Positions 1-11,470 of a stretch of 37,059 nt of DNA are shown one piece after another. Source of the stretch: Catajapyx aquilonaris (taxonomy: Eukaryota); assembly GCA_000934665.2 (NCBI GenBank), contig KZ538995.1, positions 1 through 37,059 on the forward strand. Reading direction: 5' to 3'. The translations under genes and the position numbers were made by a program. Each line of letters opens with the position of its first letter. Positions within the stretch are counted from its first letter, which is position 1. Below the pieces are notes generated by a model. It did no database searches, was not told the origin of the DNA, and saw nothing but the letters and a program-made list of their open reading frames with translations.

Positions 1-166
1 GCACTCACTCACTCGATTTGTAAACAGTGGCAACAATGGAAGCAGTCTCCATGGGCTGATGTTTGAATTGGCCCGCCGGACGGGGTTGCCAGGTAACGGG
101 CTAAATATAAGCAGCTTATGCCGAAATTGTCAATAACTAAAACGACAAAAAAGTTTGATCACCCTG
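1..166. mobile_element. Probable right end of a Tc1/mariner-type element cut by the window start
   Basis: Ends in ...GATCACCCTG followed by TA (167-168), the same CACCCTG|TA terminus as the complete MITEs in this window. The partner left end is not visible, so the start coordinate is arbitrary. Confidence 0.4.
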
Positions 167-188
167 TATACACACACACACATATATA

Positions 189-593
189 CAGGCTGGTCCA
201 ACTTCAAGTGTCGTTTTATAACGGCGATTAATAGCAGTGATTTTGCGATGACGTAGCAGCGACGTGTAAAATGTCCCACTTCGGCGCCATCGAAATTATT
301 AGCTGCCAATAGCAGCACACATGTAATCAACCCTGCTGCTGGGTTGACCTGGAAAAAAGGAGGTGCACACATGACCTGCGATGCACCTGGGTGAAATGGG
401 TGACGTCCAAGGCACCAGATTGGCATTGGTGACGCATGTGGTTGCACAGGGTTCATTACATGTGTGCTGCTATTGGCAGCTAATATTTTCGATGGCGCCG
501 AAGTGGGCCATTTTACACGTGGCTGCTACGATAATCGTAAAGCGCTTCTATAAATAGCCGTTATAAAACGACACTTGAAGTTGGACCACCCTG
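189..593. mobile_element. Tc1/mariner-type MITE (~405 bp)
   Basis: TA|CAGGCTGGTCCAACTTCAAGTGTCGTTTTATAACGGC ... GCCGTTATAAAACGACACTTGAAGTTGGACCACCCTG|TA. The imperfect inverted repeat extends ~145 bp inward (CCCACTTCGGCGCCATCGAAA/TTTCGATGGCGCCGAAGTGGG; GCAGCACACATGTAAT/ATTACATGTGTGCTGC). TA flanks at 187-188 and 594-595; no coding capacity. Confidence 0.92.
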
Positions 594-635
594 TATATGA
601 TCACGGGGTTACAACAATATCTCTACCTGAAATAA

Positions 636-890
636 CCGAAGCAGGTTGGTGTGGTGGTTATAAGGAGTCCAACTGCAAATCGGGAGGTCCTGGGTTCGAA
701 TCCCGGGGCCGGTGATCCTGACCGTGGTTTTCTGTGGGTTTCCGCGGTCCCCCCCCCCCCTTCCGCATAATAGGCCACAGACGCTTCCTTCCCTATCCTT
801 GGCCCCATCCAATGGTGGTATTCCACCAACCTAATTGAGCCCCGATTCTCCCAATGGGGTATAAAAAAATTTAAAATTTAAAAAAAATAA
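636..890 (+). mobile_element. tRNA-derived SINE, family A copy 1
   Basis: A-box-like TGGTGTGGTGG, B-box GGTTCGAATCC (693-703), body GTGGTTTTCTGTGGGTTTCC...AGGCCACAGACGCTTCCTTCC and an A-rich tail. Perfect 13-bp TSD CTACCTGAAATAA at 623-635 and 891-903. A homologous copy lies at 2960-3247 (-). Confidence 0.92.
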
Positions 891-1001
891 CTACCTGAAA
901 TAAATATAAAGATATTGTCCGTCCGGCGTCATTGTTGCCGAAAGACATTGCCATATCTCCGAGAGATTTTCCCCTGGGAGGCTCTAATTTTGTTTTTAGC
1001 A

Positions 1002-1333
1002 GGGAGGTGTAGATGGTCGAGATGGTAACGTTTCGGCTTGCTAAGTGAAAGGCTCCAGGTTCGATCCCCGCCCTTTCACATACGTCAGGAGGGTCTTTGA
1101 CCTGCACCTTGGAGGTGTCTGGCAACCTAACCTTCTGGAGAATAGCACACGACCCCTTTTCATACATTGCACTTGCACCTATGCTCCCTCCCCAAAAATC
1201 CCTACCCCTAACCTACATCCTTGACTCCTTGCACCGGAGATTGAAATTAATATAGAAAATAGAGTGAAATGGTGGTATTCCACCCCCCCCCCCTGAAATG
1301 GCCTACGGCCTACGGGGTAAACAACTAAAAAAA
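1002..1333 (+). mobile_element. tRNA-derived SINE, family B
   Basis: Starts GGGAGG; A-box-like TGGTCGAGATGG and B-box GGTTCGATCCC. 3' module AATGGTGGTATTCCACCCCC...CGGGGTA followed by an A-rich tail. No convincing TSD found. Confidence 0.75.
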
Positions 1334-1443
1334 TCCCAACAATTTGTAGCGAAGACTAAGATTTTTGCATTTCATACTCAAGCAATGTTGTATGCAATCA
1401 TATTTTTCACTGTTAAAAATTACAAATCCGAAGTACAGTAAAA

Positions 1444-1512
1444 AATATGAAACCCCATGTATGACCCCAATATGAAACACCCTGTATGACCCCAATATGA
1501 AACACCCTGTAT
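1444..1512 (+). repeat. 25-bp tandem repeat, ~2.8 units (AATATGAAACACCCTGTATGACCCC)
   Basis: Units start at 1444, 1469 and 1494. The unit contains GAAACACCCTG|TA, a Tc1/mariner-type terminus (degenerate in the first unit). Confidence 0.88.
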
Positions 1513-2735
1513 ATTTTTCCTGGACCACCTTGCATTTTACAGCAATAGAGTATTTTAAATGTTGAGAGGGCGAAGGAACACGGGGTTCGTAAAGGCTTGC
1601 TGCCACGAATTGTGTTTTACTACCCTAACCTAGGACAAGTGCATAATACTTAAATCGTTGCAAAGAAGCTTCTACAGTAGGTTGTGGCTAAGTAGGGCAA
1701 ACAATGTCTAATAGCTTTATAGCCTTGTGCTTTGGAGTAGGTCGGGATAGCCTACATCGGATGCGCCAATGTTTTCTTTAGCTTTCTATTCTAGTGTGGT
1801 GATTCTTTATGACCAAGATGGATGAATGCGACAAATAATCGCATTGTGGCTGCCCTTAAAAACTGTAGTTGTTCTCTCTCCTTTCGTCAGCTGACTAAAG
1901 TAGTCTTGAAAAAAAAAATGGCTGGCTAGTGGAAGTGTACTCTGCAAAAGGAAGACGATCCATCATTGTTCTGGATGCTTCCGAGAACGTGCTCGGACAC
2001 CGTGGTGGCTTCCCCATTCCGTAATGTTGTAGACTAGATTTGGCAAGGGCCAAAGGACTATAAACAAGGCAATTGTAGCTTTCCCTCGTCCGTCGGCCAT
2101 TTTGAGCGGGAAGGATGGGGTTTGGGGGCGCACATTATGGACTGTGGTTAGTTTCCAAGAGCCTGCATACTCAAGAGGCTAGTTTGGCTAGAGAGAGACA
2201 AGGACCAGCGGAACTGAAACGACGCCATTAATGAGCTCCTTCTCTCCCCTTTTTATCACACTCATATTCATTAGATAGCCGGAATAACGAGAAGTGAGGA
2301 CGTTTAGAGCAAGGCATGTATTAATTTCAACCGCTTTCTCCGCATGACTGCGAAGAGCCTTTACGCTAAATGGTCAATTTAAAATTACGACGTAACAGCT
2401 CTGCTTATGGCTATTGCCAGTAAATTATAAATGACGGTGATAAAGTGTTAACAGGGGTATTATCAGTTCAGGTGTTTCTCTTCAAGCAGATTATACATTT
2501 TCTGCAAATTGAGACGTGAAGTGCAGGGAGTCACTTGAGTGCTTTCTTTGGGATTTTCAGATGTGACGGAGACGAATGATAACCTTTCCGGATAGCTACA
2601 TTTTGCCTTGACTGTTCTTGCAGCGCGGTGGATCTACTTTACAAATATTGTCATGATTATATTTTTCCCCTTTTGAGCCATCCACAAATTTCGCAGAAAG
2701 GAGATGCCTAAAGATTTTTTTGCCTTGACCAGCAA

Positions 2736-2810
2736 TAAATTTCAGTGCAGCATGCAGAGGGCAGCCCTCTGCATGCTGCACTGAAATTTAAAAAAACAGC
2801 CGCTGTTTTT
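2736..2810. repeat. Perfect 55-bp palindrome plus an adjacent 19-bp palindrome
   Basis: TAAATTTCAGTGCAGCATGCAGAGGGC-A-GCCCTCTGCATGCTGCACTGAAATTTA (27-bp arms, 2736-2790), followed by AAAAACAGC-C-GCTGTTTTT (2792-2810). Confidence 0.93.
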
Positions 2811-2959
2811 AATGGCTTGTGGAAAAGTAAAACTCACTTGTCACTTGTGCAGTGCCTGATTTCTCAATTGTGACAATTGACGATTAAACTGTGATTCATT
2901 GCAATATGTCAATGTTATTAAAGTAGTACATGACTATGCTAATTACTATAATTATATAC

Positions 2960-3247
2960 TTTTTAACCCCGTGATAGGGCGGAGCCCTTTTAGGGGGGTG
3001 GCACACCACCGCCAGTTTTCTTCGATTTTTATGACTCTTACTTCACACATGGGTGGGACCAAGGATAGGGGCGGAAGGAAGCGGCTGTGGCCTATTTTTA
3101 CGGAAACGATCCCGGAATTATCCTGGGGGGACAGTGGGAAACCACAGAAAACCATGGTCAGGGTCGCCGCGCCGTCCCCGGGATTCGAACCCAGGACCTC
3201 CCGATTAGCAGGCGGACTCCATATCCACTACACCAACCTGCTTCGGT
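2960..3247 (-). mobile_element. tRNA-derived SINE, family A copy 2
   Basis: The minus strand reads ACCGAAGCAGGTTGGTGTAGTGG...GGGAGGTCCTGGGTTCGAATCCCGGGG...CCTGACCATGGTTTTCTGTGGTTTCCC...TAGGCCACAGCCGCTTCCTTCC, matching 636-800, and ends ATCACGGGGTTAAAAA. TSD CTATAATTAT(A/G)TACTTT at 2946-2962 and 3248-3264 (its last Ts overlap the tail). Confidence 0.92.
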
Positions 3248-6200
3248 CTATAATTATGTACTTTAAAAATGTTATTACAGTGTAAAATACATCATCGTTA
3301 ATCCTATGTATTATGACTAGGGGTGAACGGCACAAAAAAATTCTAAACATGATCAGAGACTGAATATTCCTTTCCCAGTTTAATCATGCTTCTGTACATG
3401 TACTGTACACACCGAAGTACAGTAGGCTACAGGACAGAGTAAATATTACGCTTGTAAGAGTATTTGACCTAATCGTTGATGATATTTTTCCAATGTTAAA
3501 TGAATTAACGCATTTCCTCCAAAATAAACTACAAAATAATTATGAATGGAGTTACTCTGACAAATATTACCAGCAGTGCTCTCAAAATTTAGCTTTTGTT
3601 ATGGCGTAATAATATAATTTTTATTGCCTGCTAACTGGATTTTGAAACCAGATTTATTTATCCTGACAGGCAGCCATTGATTCAGACAATTTTGTGCTCG
3701 CATGATTGACGCATCCATTTACCTAGTTATATTTAACAACCCTGATGAATTTAATGTCAGATTGACGGGATCACTTTTGAATATGTAACTTTTAAGCGTC
3801 ACGGATATAGGTAAATGCGACACCGATATTCCACACGACACCAAACCCATGTCCATCAACATCGCCCATATAACTGCACTGTCTACTTCTCTATGCATGA
3901 CTATGGGCAAATATAAGCTGGCCCTAATCTTCAGATCTAGTTAGGGTTGGGCCCAGCCGCGATAGCGAAGAGAGAAATCGGTGTCTAGCAAGCGCTAAAG
4001 ATCTCGTTGTGGGTGGGGAGGTTTCATTTCCGAACTGTCTAACCGAAGGGGTTGTCGGAAATATCTTCCTGTGATGCTGATGGAGCCGGGAGCTGCAAAC
4101 TTGAGGGGTTGTGGGAGGAGGGGGAAAGTGGGGGTGGAAGGGAGGGGAAAGGGGGAGGGAGAGATTGCTGGAATTTAACGGCTTCCCTGTCACTACAAGG
4201 GGCTTGAAATTTGGCCAAGGGTTAATGGGCGTAATTTGCATCTAGCCGCAGACTTGAAGGTTTCGGCCGGGGTGTAGCTTAGTTGAAGATCTGTCTGCAT
4301 TTACAAGATAATTTTGACTGCTAATTTAATAAATTTTCCGTGTAGTTTATGTTGGAGTAAAAATGTTGAAAGATGCTTTATGATTTTACCTCTGGATTAC
4401 ATTCTTATGGAGTTTTTTGGGCTCAAATGTTTGCCGTCATGTGCTATTAAACTGTCGTTTTTTACATTAGGTCTACAGATTCTCCTATAGTCAGTTACCT
4501 TTTCTCGTAATCTATGTTAATTCAGAAAAAATAACTCATTAAAGTTATGCAATTATTACACTGAATGGAAGAAACCATGGTCACCACTTAGGGATTCTGG
4601 TTACGTCTTTGACCTCGGATGGATGCAATATAGTAATTTTAATTCTTTAAGTTTGGCTATTTCAATTCAGGACTTGAAGGGATCATTTCTATTCAACCTC
4701 ATATTAGCAGTACTGTTTTGCTGCTGTTAAATGGAACAGTTAGAGAGTAACTGCAGCTTAGAGCCAGAATTTAAACAGGTAATTATGAACGGTTCAGTTA
4801 GAAAGCCATGTAAAATAAAGAAAAATTGAAAACACATACACTATAGCGTTAGACCTTGCGTTAGACCTGCAATATAGCCTATTGTTATGCGATTCAAAAA
4901 ATTAACTCATTACTGCGAAAGGTCAGAAGCGTTCCTTTTTTCGAATTGCCAATAATTTGTTGCAATAAAAACGTTCGTATATAGACTGTAGAGTATCTAT
5001 TATTAATTTTAAGTAAAGATCTATGCAAAAAAACGTGATAATTGCAGGTGGAGTTAAAAGAAACTTCAGTGTCTGGCCAATCTTTTCCCGAGCCTGAATG
5101 ACTATAAATAGGCAGGACAGTGGCCACCTAGTTAAGGTCAGTTATCATGACAGGGCAGGCAGGGTGTCGGGAGTCCTGTATACAAAGCCCGTGTGCAAAC
5201 GCCCCTGCTAACGTCGAGATGAAAGTGATAAAGCAAGTTTCTACTTTACAACAATGGATTAAGATTATAACCACTTCGGTCAACACATGAAATGTACCTG
5301 CTTCACAGCCATGTTGACTCGGAAGGTAATTTCTTCCCGCGACTGATCAGATGGCCTAACTCGCAAGAACAGCAAGAGGACATGAATTGTTGGAGAATGG
5401 GCTGTAATTGTTATTAAACAGAGCTGGCAGGCTAAAATCTGAAGCACACATAAAGCGGGTCCGGAATGTTGTAAAGTGCACTGTGCAGCCTGTATAGTAG
5501 CTAGATCGAAGAGGAATTTAATTTAGCACAACAGGGTTTACAGGGCAGAGTCTTCTGTTGCATTAGCCGCCAAAACGATTCTTGAATTACTTCGAGGAGG
5601 GAAGATAATGAACAGAAACGTACGAACGACGAGAAAGTACTTCTGGGAGAATACTTGCGATTAATTATGCCACTAACCAACAGGCCCATCTTGAAAGTGA
5701 ATGGTATGTATAGTACATTCTTATACTGAAACATTTTTAAAAAATTAATAGAAGGGGGACTGGCTAAGCCTGCTGGCTCCATGTGGTCCTGTCGGCATTA
5801 TCAAAGGATACATAAAGTATATAAAGGACATAAAGGATATAGGAAGGACAACATTATAAGTGTCACGAACACCAATTTAAATGTGCAGACACCATCGGCA
5901 AAAGTGAACAACACCAAAATTTGAAGTTGTGAGCCAGCCGGTGTTCCCAATAAGAAGAGCCTAATGCTTTTCGGCGTAGGAAGCATAAAATGCGTCATTG
6001 ACACACAGGCCGGGAATGTTCAAGGGGGAAAGAAGATTTCGATTCCTCTCTTTTATTGGAAAAGGTCCGTTTCCCAGCTGCCGAATTTGTGCGTGAGACG
6101 TTTACCTTTCTTACTGATTTGAATTTCAGAGCCTGGAAATGGAAAGGAACTCGTTTCAATTCCGGTGATCCCCGTTACGCCCTCGTGATTACTATGTACA

Positions 6201-9200
6201 TGCGTGAGCTGTGTGTGCAATGAGCCCGCCTCCCACCCTGCCCCCCACCCCCTTTTTTCATTCCAGAAGAGAGTGCGTGGAAGAACTCCCAAGCGTCTTT
6301 TCGGATGACATTGGCAATTCAAATGTAATGGCCACTCTCTGTTTTGCAATAAACTGAACGGTTTTGCCTGGGACAAGACCCCCTACAGTTTTCTGGCCAT
6401 CGTTATTCTAATCGCCTTATGAATACGTCGCTGTTCCAAATTTGATTACTGGCGGTAATTGACGCGAAAGGTCGGTCGTCACTGGGTTGTCAAATCGTAT
6501 ACATACATACGCAGTGGTATGGGGGTGTGTGGATGGGGAATTGTATCCCACGACTGCAGTGCTGAATGATTGGGAAATCGCGGCATTCAGACTCTGAAAT
6601 GAAGTCGATTTGGAGCGGATAGAGCCATAATTTCTCGCATTGTATGCATTGGGGTTTCATCCCTGTGCAGAAGCGGTTACAAGCGATTGGAAAATGTGAC
6701 AACATATCTATAAGATGATTAGGATTTGGCCGCGTCGATATGGGCTCATTATTTACAAACGCACGTGACATGACTTTTTAATCAACGGGGGCGTTACTAT
6801 GTATTTCCTCACCGATAACTGCAAGAATCGGCATGCGTCTTCGCATTGAAATTGGTTGACCTAGATGCTGCAAATTAGTACCGAAACTTGAAGTGCCCCG
6901 CAGTATGAAAATGATTCGAGGGGGCCGCATTTCTGCAGAAATTAGCACAGAGCCGGGACCCAGATTTAATATTTTCGCAAGTTCGTAATTAAGCCGGCTT
7001 GACAGGGAACAATTTGGGAGGTCGGTTCTGCTGATGTCGATTGACAGGTAGGCGGAAATTGAACTGCGCAGGCTGGCAATCCCCTGCAATCACGTAGGAA
7101 GCACCCCCCATACCCCGGAGGAACGGGAGGGGTTTAAAAAAAATTCGGGGCAATTACACTCTGATGATTTCTGATGAAGTTGTACAACCGTGGTTTTGTG
7201 TGATTCTTGATCGACGTAACCGCATAATGACTGATGACATTTTTTGGACCAATATATTAGGGCAATGGGGTACCGGGATATTAAGGGTAATATCATGTCT
7301 TGCCTTTAGCAAGAGGCGGCTAATGAAAAATTATTTGCCCAAAGCGGTCAAAAGTAGAGCAATTTTATTATCAATAATTAATGGGCTGCTCTAATAATTG
7401 CAATGAACGAAGTTGAGTTACAAGGCAATAAATAATGGGGTTCGTGCATGCAATTATCTCCAGACAAACCGGTGTACGCCATTCATTTCTCGCCCTTTAC
7501 AGCTGGATACCCATGTTGCATAGGATTTTACAATATTTTGCATAATAATTATGAAGATCTGAAGTACATTGATGTGATTTCTAGATGTGATGGATTGAAT
7601 TTGAATATTGCATTATCCGTCCGTATAGGGGATTTGATATATCAAAAAACTGACTTGCCTATCAAAAAGAACACGTCAAGGACTCTATGACGCATTTTCG
7701 CCTAAAATGTGATTCTGAAAATTAATTCTTCGTTATTTTCATTATAAACCAACAATGCTTAGCTGCCAATGTGTCTGTTACACACAGTTTTCACGCGATG
7801 TGCAAACATCCCACTTTCTATTTGCTCCTCTGCCCCTTTGGTCCACACCAACTTTTGAATTAACGGAATCCCGATAGACTCGCGGTGTTTTCCTCCCAAG
7901 TTGATAGGACAGAGATCGACACTAACAAATCACCAGGTCCCAAGAATCCTCCACGTGCGGGAATAGAGAGGCGAAAGAGAACCTCTGAAGAAGAGGCACG
8001 TCTTCAGGGCCCTTCCGCAACGAAATAATTAAAAGGCTCTTAGACGCGTGGGGAGCGAAGACAATAAATCATTGCAAAAGGAATAGGCGAAGGAGAAAGA
8101 AAAATCCGAAACTGGAAACGCGAAAAAGAGAAGGAAATGTGGGTCACACTGAGCTTCGGAAGCTCTTGCTAGGACCTATTATCCCAATCGTCTTCAGAAG
8201 CTCCTTATCAGTGATTAAGGATCCCTTCCTTTTTTTCTCCATCTCCCTCTCTCTTCCTTCTGTCTTCACTGTTGGGTGGAAATTCGAATCCGAAGGAGAG
8301 AACTGTGTAGACACGAAGCAGAGGTCTCTTTCTTGCCGTTGTAATAAATGGGCAAGTATATTTTGGCCCACCCCCTGGGAAGTTAATTGGAATCTTCTCG
8401 TCTGAGAGATTCTGGAAGGAAATGGACCTGTTGGATGAGAAAAAAAGGCGAAGAAGTTTCTCCTGCTTCATACAGTACATAAACGGCAATGGATATTAAC
8501 TAGTGTCTGCTATCACTGAATTAAAATGTCTCCTCCCCTGTGAGATCCTTATTTAGTAAATGATTTTGAAGGGGGCGGCAAAGGATCGGGGAAAAAATGA
8601 GGAGCTTTGGTGTTTTGAGCCTCCTGGGTGCTTCCCGACAATGTGAAACTACTTGTTCCGCTGAAACCAACACGCCATGATGCCAAATGGCTAAGGCGGG
8701 GTCGTTGCATGGTTACTATTTTCACAGCATTTCCGAGTTAATTGTGCTATTATTCCTGGGGACTCCTGATTATTCCAGGTCATTAGGCTCTTAATGTGAA
8801 GTAAACAAACAATTAAGCCTGTTCATCGGTTTTGTGTTCGTGTTGCTTTAGAATCGCTGATTAAGTTAAGTGCAAGCAACTTTCACGCGTAAAGTTGAGC
8901 AACAAAATACATAGCAGGGTGCATGCATGCTGGTAAAAAAGGATGAAAAATGAAGCTGATCATTTCATTTTTTTAAATATCACTTAATCACGTCGATCAT
9001 GCCATTATGCGAGTATAATGCTGGTCTTGTGCGATTTATTTCCTGCTTTTACTCTGATTCTGCTATCATTTGATGCATTCTTTTCTGCGATTATGTCACG
9101 AAGTATTAATCCTTTAAAGTGGCGTTCTCTGCTCATTATTTTATTGCCGTGTAGCACACTAATTGTCTGCTAGAGCTTGCGCCAATCGATGGCTTTGATT

Positions 9201-9400
9201 ACTTTCCCTCGTCTGATAATTGACGTTCTATTTACGATTACTGAATAGTAAAGAGGATTTGAGGGAATTAGGGAATGTAGACGTATTCCCATTGGAAGCC
9301 ATTAACCACGAGGGAAACCGTCATTACTCCCTTGCCACTATGTCCACAGCATTGTACTGTCAGCAAAACGTGCTCATAACTTGGTTTCTAAATAATTTAG

Positions 9401-9438
9401 CAACAACAACAACAACAACAACAATAACAACAACAACA
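9401..9438 (+). repeat. (ACA)n microsatellite
   Basis: CAACAACAACAA... run with one interruption. Confidence 0.95.
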
Positions 9439-10183
9439 CCATTAATAATAATAATCATTTCAATTTCAAAAGGATCTGGTAATAGTCTGCAATGATTTGC
9501 AATAAGACTCCGATTTCTTGTTGAAAGCGTTGAAGGTGTTTTATTCGGTTTACAGTGTTACGAAGAAAATGTGATCAAGTAATGGAACAAATGAATTAAG
9601 TCTACTCAGTGGTCACGACGCAGGGTTGGAGGGATTGAGAAAGTTGGAGAAAAGAGCCTTTGAGATCAATACAACACATCTCTTTGTGATTCAACCCGAA
9701 AACGTCTGGGTGAATTAGTGATCAGTTTTAAATTATTTTACTGTGAGATGTCATTTGGTGGGATCCGACTTGTTGCTGAGGTAATTTGCTCTCATCTGGA
9801 ATTCAGTATATTCATGGCCATTTTAAAATAATTTATTGTACTAGCCTGCTATATTACTCTCTACTGGCTGTGAGTAAATTTTGCCCATTTTGCAGGGTCT
9901 GCTTTCAACCCTGTCCTTTGGACATAATATACTGTATTATGCAAATATTATTGGCCCGAAATTTTAATTTTAAATGTACAGTACAACAGCAGACTCACAT
10001 GAAGGGCTACACCCCGGACAAGATTGTCTTTAACACATGATTTAGAGCAGTTACATCATAATTAAGTAAATAATAAGTAATACCAACCACCCAACAAATC
10101 CATGATCATAAAATCATAATCATCGAGACACTGTCTAGTGACCACAACTGTAAGTTTGTATAGGCTTAGTTAGCCTAGACCAC

Positions 10184-10310
10184 ACCGTCCATAACATCCT
10201 ACTGAAAAGAGGCTATAGTCTCTTTTCAGTAGGATGTTATGGACGGTAATGCTTTACCCATGGTACACTACGATTATATATAATCGTAGTGTACCATGGG
10301 TAAAGCATTA
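10184..10310. repeat. Two abutting 64-bp spacer-less palindromes (A-A'-B-B')
   Basis: 10184-10247: ACCGTCCATAACATCCTACTGAAAAGAGGCTA|TAGTCTCTTTTCAGTAGGATGTTATGGACGGT (one G:T mismatch). 10247-10310: TAATGCTTTACCCATGGTACACTACGATTATA|TATAATCGTAGTGTACCATGGGTAAAGCATTA (perfect). The two share T10247. Confidence 0.95.
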
Positions 10311-11237
10311 AGATAATGCTGCACCATCTTCATTTGAAAATACGAGTCAATTTCTCGGGTTTGAGTCGTATTACAGTAGAACACAACGACCGCGCCATCG
10401 ACCTTCCTTTTAATTGGTGTGCGAACCACACGTTTAATTTCAATCACGATACGTGACTCCACTATGGAATGCGTCGAAATGGATTCGCTCGTTTCATTTT
10501 GCCCATTGCGGCTACCCAGGACGCAAATCACTTGGAATGGGTGTACTCTTGGCCTACTTAGTGAAATCAGGCGGCCTCCCGTTTTTTTAAAAACTGATGA
10601 GTGCCGCTTTATAGCATGTTAAGTGGCACTTATTTCAAAAATGAGCTTGGACTTTTTTGCAACGCTTTCACAATGTAATGATTTAAGCTGTGTGAGAGGA
10701 TTTTAAAGTATTTTACCCCCTGATGTTGTTGATGATGATAAACTAGTACATCTTGTTTAAGCCTGCATTGAAGGCATCACTCTGCTGTTGTGTACCATTC
10801 GCTGGAACATACCACATTGTAAAGCAAATTTTTGAAATGAATATTGACGAATCAAGTGCTGTAAACCCGCTTTCTTGATTGATGTGAATATTATACGCCC
10901 ATATACAACGTGATGGCATTTTTTCAAAAAATCTGCAGTGCCTTGATATGTAGTAGTTATTATTCCGTCGTAAAGTACTATAATACAGGGTTCGGAAATT
11001 TAACATACCGTCGCGTTGAGAAATGATAGAGGGTTCTAGGCGATCACTTTGAGTATATGCAACATGGGTCTTCGACGCATAGTTACCGAGATAATGTGCT
11101 TCAAACACAAGGTATAAAATATCCTGGCACGTATGCGTCCCTCCACGCGATCCTACCTTTCATTTAAATTTAAGGTGTTACCATGTAATTTAATTTTAAT
11201 TTACGACCCTTTAGGAGTAGCAGGGAATGGCCTAGGC

Positions 11238-11470
11238 CAGAGTTTAAGCTATACCCATTCAAATCTCTCAGTAGCTGGTGTGACCTAGAACCCAAAATTT
11301 TTTGCGCCTTTCGCCCCTCACCTTCCCATTTACTGATTTGGCGCTNNNNNNNNNNNNNNNNNNNNNNNNNNCAGAATTTTTTCTGCTTACGCCGTCGATG
11401 ATGTTAGTGCTCCGTCACTAATATCTCTCCTGAAATGTGCTCCGCGACTCAAAAGGTTTGGGAACCTCTG
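11238..11470. mobile_element. Nested hAT-like non-autonomous element spanning an assembly gap
   Basis: 8-bp TSD GCCTAGGC (11230-11237) / GCCTAAGC (11471-11478). The right end reverse-complements to CAGAGGTTCCCAAACC, a hAT-type terminus; the left end CAGAG is degenerate. The sister MITE copy has a single GCCTAGGC at the equivalent site. Confidence 0.8.
11346..11371. other. Assembly gap (run of N)
   Basis: 26 consecutive N. Confidence 0.99.

Noticed and set aside
636..710. Bona fide tRNA genes at the B-box sites (also ~1010-1075, 3175-3247, 14085-14151, 27425-27492)
   Set aside because: No proper acceptor stem; each continues into a shared body and tail, mostly with TSDs, so they are SINE heads.
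3318..3925. hAT element bounded by TAGGG...CCCTA
   Set aside because: Only a 5-bp terminal match, and the flanking 8-mers do not form a TSD.
10594..10640. Hammerhead ribozyme (CTGATGAG followed by a stem)
   Set aside because: The stem GTGCC...GGCAC is not followed by GAAA and no stem III is evident. CTGATGAG...GAAA at ~17036-17056 lacks stem II.
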